This document shows positions 61,641 to 64,000 of a stretch of DNA of 64,000 nt, one piece after another. How positions within the stretch are numbered: position 1 is the stretch's first letter; each line of letters begins with the position of its first letter. The translations under genes and the position numbers were made by a program. This DNA is from Octopus sinensis (taxonomy: Eukaryota). The stretch spans positions 558,001 through 622,000 of the forward strand of contig NW_021826031.1 of the NCBI RefSeq assembly GCF_006345805.1, read 5' to 3'. The notes below the pieces were generated by a model. It saw only the letters and a list, made by a program, of their open reading frames with translations, was not told the origin of the DNA and made no database searches.

Positions 61641-63586
61641 CAGGCATTCTCAACCTTTTTTTGTTCATCGCCCCCTAAGATATTTTATCGCCCCCTTTGA
61701 AATTTTATCGCCCCCTTGTTCACATACAATTAAAAAAATTTTTGGCATTGTCCCTTAATTGGTTTTTTTTGTATATAACTCAAAAATCAAAATATAAAAT
61801 AATAAATCAAATGTAAAAAAAATTGAATTTGTATTAAAATTATTAGTGAGACCCTTGATATTGATGTTTACTCGCTAAATATTCTATGTCGGGTTTAATT
61901 TTGCTCAACTTTAGGCGTATATCGCCTCTATAACACACTTCCAGTCTATTTCTTTCACATTGTGTATTATGATTGACAAAACTAAATCCACTTTCAACTA
62001 AATAAGTGGTAGGGAATGTCAATAGTACATTACTCATTTCCTTCCATAAATTTGGAAATTTCATTTTTAGATCTTTTGATTGCCAAAATTTAGAGATACC
62101 ATCCTGTTGAAATCTGTGAATATATTCTTCATTATATTTCAATTCAATTATCTCTTCTTGGATTGTTTCGTTCATATCTTCTGGCACACATGAAAACGGA
62201 TCAATCATCCATGCTTCAAATTCCAAATCAAACAAATCTTTGAACCTAAGAGATATATCCGCTTCTAGTTCCGTCAAATGTTGACAATATGTCATAATAT
62301 TGTTTTGAATAAAATATTTACTTATCTCGGATAGTTGTGAAATGTTTTCAAACTGATTTATAGAAAAATTATGTCGATAAAGCAATAATTTTCTTGCAAA
62401 TGTTTTCATTATTCTTTTGCAATCAATCATGTTGACAAAATTTCCTTGAAGAAGAATAGTAATTTCATTAAATTTTGTAAAAATCCAATTCAAATAGAAT
62501 ATATCATTTTTTCGTGAAAGCATTTCCTTTTGAAAGCCATCTTACTTCCGTGTGTAATAAAAGTCGAATAAAATCTTCACCAGCATCCTTACAAAACTTT
62601 CTAAAAAGACGATCACATTTGCTTCGTGTTTTTATTCTGTTAATTGTTTTAATTACAATATTTAAAGATTGATGTAAACCAGGACATATAATCTTCGATA
62701 CCAGTTGGTGGCAATGTAAAATACAATGAACCGTAATGACCCATAGATAATCTTTTTCAATAAAAGAAACAAATCCCTTATATCTTCCAACCATTGACAT
62801 AGCACCATTAGTCGCACAGGAAACCAAATTTTCAAATAATATTCCATTTGTTTCAAAAAACCCTTTTACTACGGAATATATTGACATTCCAGTTGTACAG
62901 GTTTCCAATAATTCGACAAACAATAAATCCTCATTTAATACACATTCATTATCGAAATACCTAAATTTTATTAAAACTTCGAAAATAACCTCACAAATCC
63001 CATTAAAACAGCTTTACTATCTACAATGACGCTTTCATCAATTTGTAATGAAAACTTACTTCGCTTCAGTCTTTCAATAAGGATTTCCTTTACATTGTCA
63101 CCCATTTGATCAATTCTTCGACGAATCGAATCATTGCTAAGAGGTAGACTTTTAATAAGTTTAGAAGCATCTTGATGCACTACATCCGATATTATTACTT
63201 CCAGTGATGGAATTATGCGATAGTATGAGAACTGGAATTTTTCGCAATAATTTCAGCAATTTTATAAAAAGCGATGTGCGCACCCACAACTACATATAGA
63301 TAAATGTTAAATAACCATCATGTACTAGAGAGAAGACATCTTGGATACCAAACAAGAATGTAAAAACAGCGTGCTATTTTAAATATAAAATTTAAGGATA
63401 AACACTATAGAAAAAATATTAATAAATCTGAAACATTATTAAAATTAACATGTATAAATACTTGTATTATATTAAAATTCGAATATTTTATTAAATATAT
63501 TATCGCCCCCTTGTAAAAAATTATCGCCTCCCTGTACAAAATTTTCGCCCCTAGGGGGGCGATTCGCCCCCGGTTGAGAACACCTG
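61641..63586 (-). mobile_element. hAT (Buster-like) copy inserted into its own family
   Basis: TIRs CAGGCATTCTCAACC/CAGGTGTTCTCAACC; perfect 8-bp TSD CTATAAAC (61633-61640, 63587-63594); SLQIDES, TNGAMSM, HCILH, EVRWLSKG, FPTTYLVESGFS; 29-nt intron 62961-62989. Confidence 0.92.
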
Positions 63587-64000
63587 CTATAAACAATGAC
63601 GCTTTCATCAATTTGTAAAGAAAACTTACTTCGCTTAAGTCTTTAAATAAAAATTTCTTTTACTTTATCACCCATTTCATCAATTCTTCAACGAATCGAA
63701 TCATTGCTAAGAAATAGACTTTTAATATTTTAGAAGCATCTTGACGCATTACATCCGATATTATTACTTCCAATGGAATTATTACATTTTCTGCGATAGT
63801 ATGAGAACTGGAAGTTTTCACAATAATTTCAGCAATTTTATAAGAATGGATCTGCGCTCCCACAACTACATGTAAATAAATTTAAATAACCATCATGTAC
63901 TGGCTTTGTGAATAACGATTTGATCGTTTTCTTATTTTCAAAATTGTATTTTAAAGTTTGAAAATATTCAATCTGCTTTGACATTTTATCCGGGTGCTTG

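Larger units (their letters stand above)
47596..64000 (-). mobile_element. Outer hAT (Buster-like) element hosting all nested insertions; continues past the window end
   Basis: TIR CAGGCATTCTCAAC at 47596 after GCTTAGAC. Its pieces (47596-47956, 53921-54049, 59889-60508, 61352-61640, 63595-64000) are collinear with the intact copy at 61641-63586. Confidence 0.85.

Noticed and set aside
1-64000. Non-standard genetic code, CRISPR array, rRNA genes
   Set aside because: Internal stops in host genes are explained by micro-introns; no repeat-spacer array or rRNA-like sequence was seen.

Overview
AT-rich DNA from an animal with extremely short spliceosomal introns (22-33 nt in every gene I could trace). 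Together with metazoan genes, this best fits a dicyemid mesozoan (inference, not a database result). Host genes lie in 1-21 kb and 29-36 kb: a USP deubiquitinase, TMX2, a RalBP1-like RhoGAP, an ARHGAP39-like MyTH4-RhoGAP, a minimal GATAD2-like zinc finger, an atypical Rho GTPase, and a non-muscle myosin II heavy chain with about 35 micro-introns. The rest is a dense transposon landscape: CRE-like and R4/Dong-like RLE retrotransposons, Ingi/Vingi-like and other APE-RT LINEs, an RTE derivative, a tRNA-derived SINE, hAT, Tigger/pogo, Tc1 and Merlin DNA transposons, and an unclassified TGT...ACA TIR family. From 47.6 kb to the window end, one hAT contains eight nested insertions up to three levels deep, most with readable TSDs. 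Highlights: a candidate 27-nt AT-AC intron, micro-introns inside four transposase families, a LINE with a candidate HDV-like ribozyme plus 2A-like peptide, a PHD-finger CRE element, and a TMX2 with a canonical WCGPC site. Single-base homopolymer deletions (one in myosin) suggest assembly indel errors, so many frameshifts may be artefacts. All homology calls are from recalled motifs and need confirming by search.
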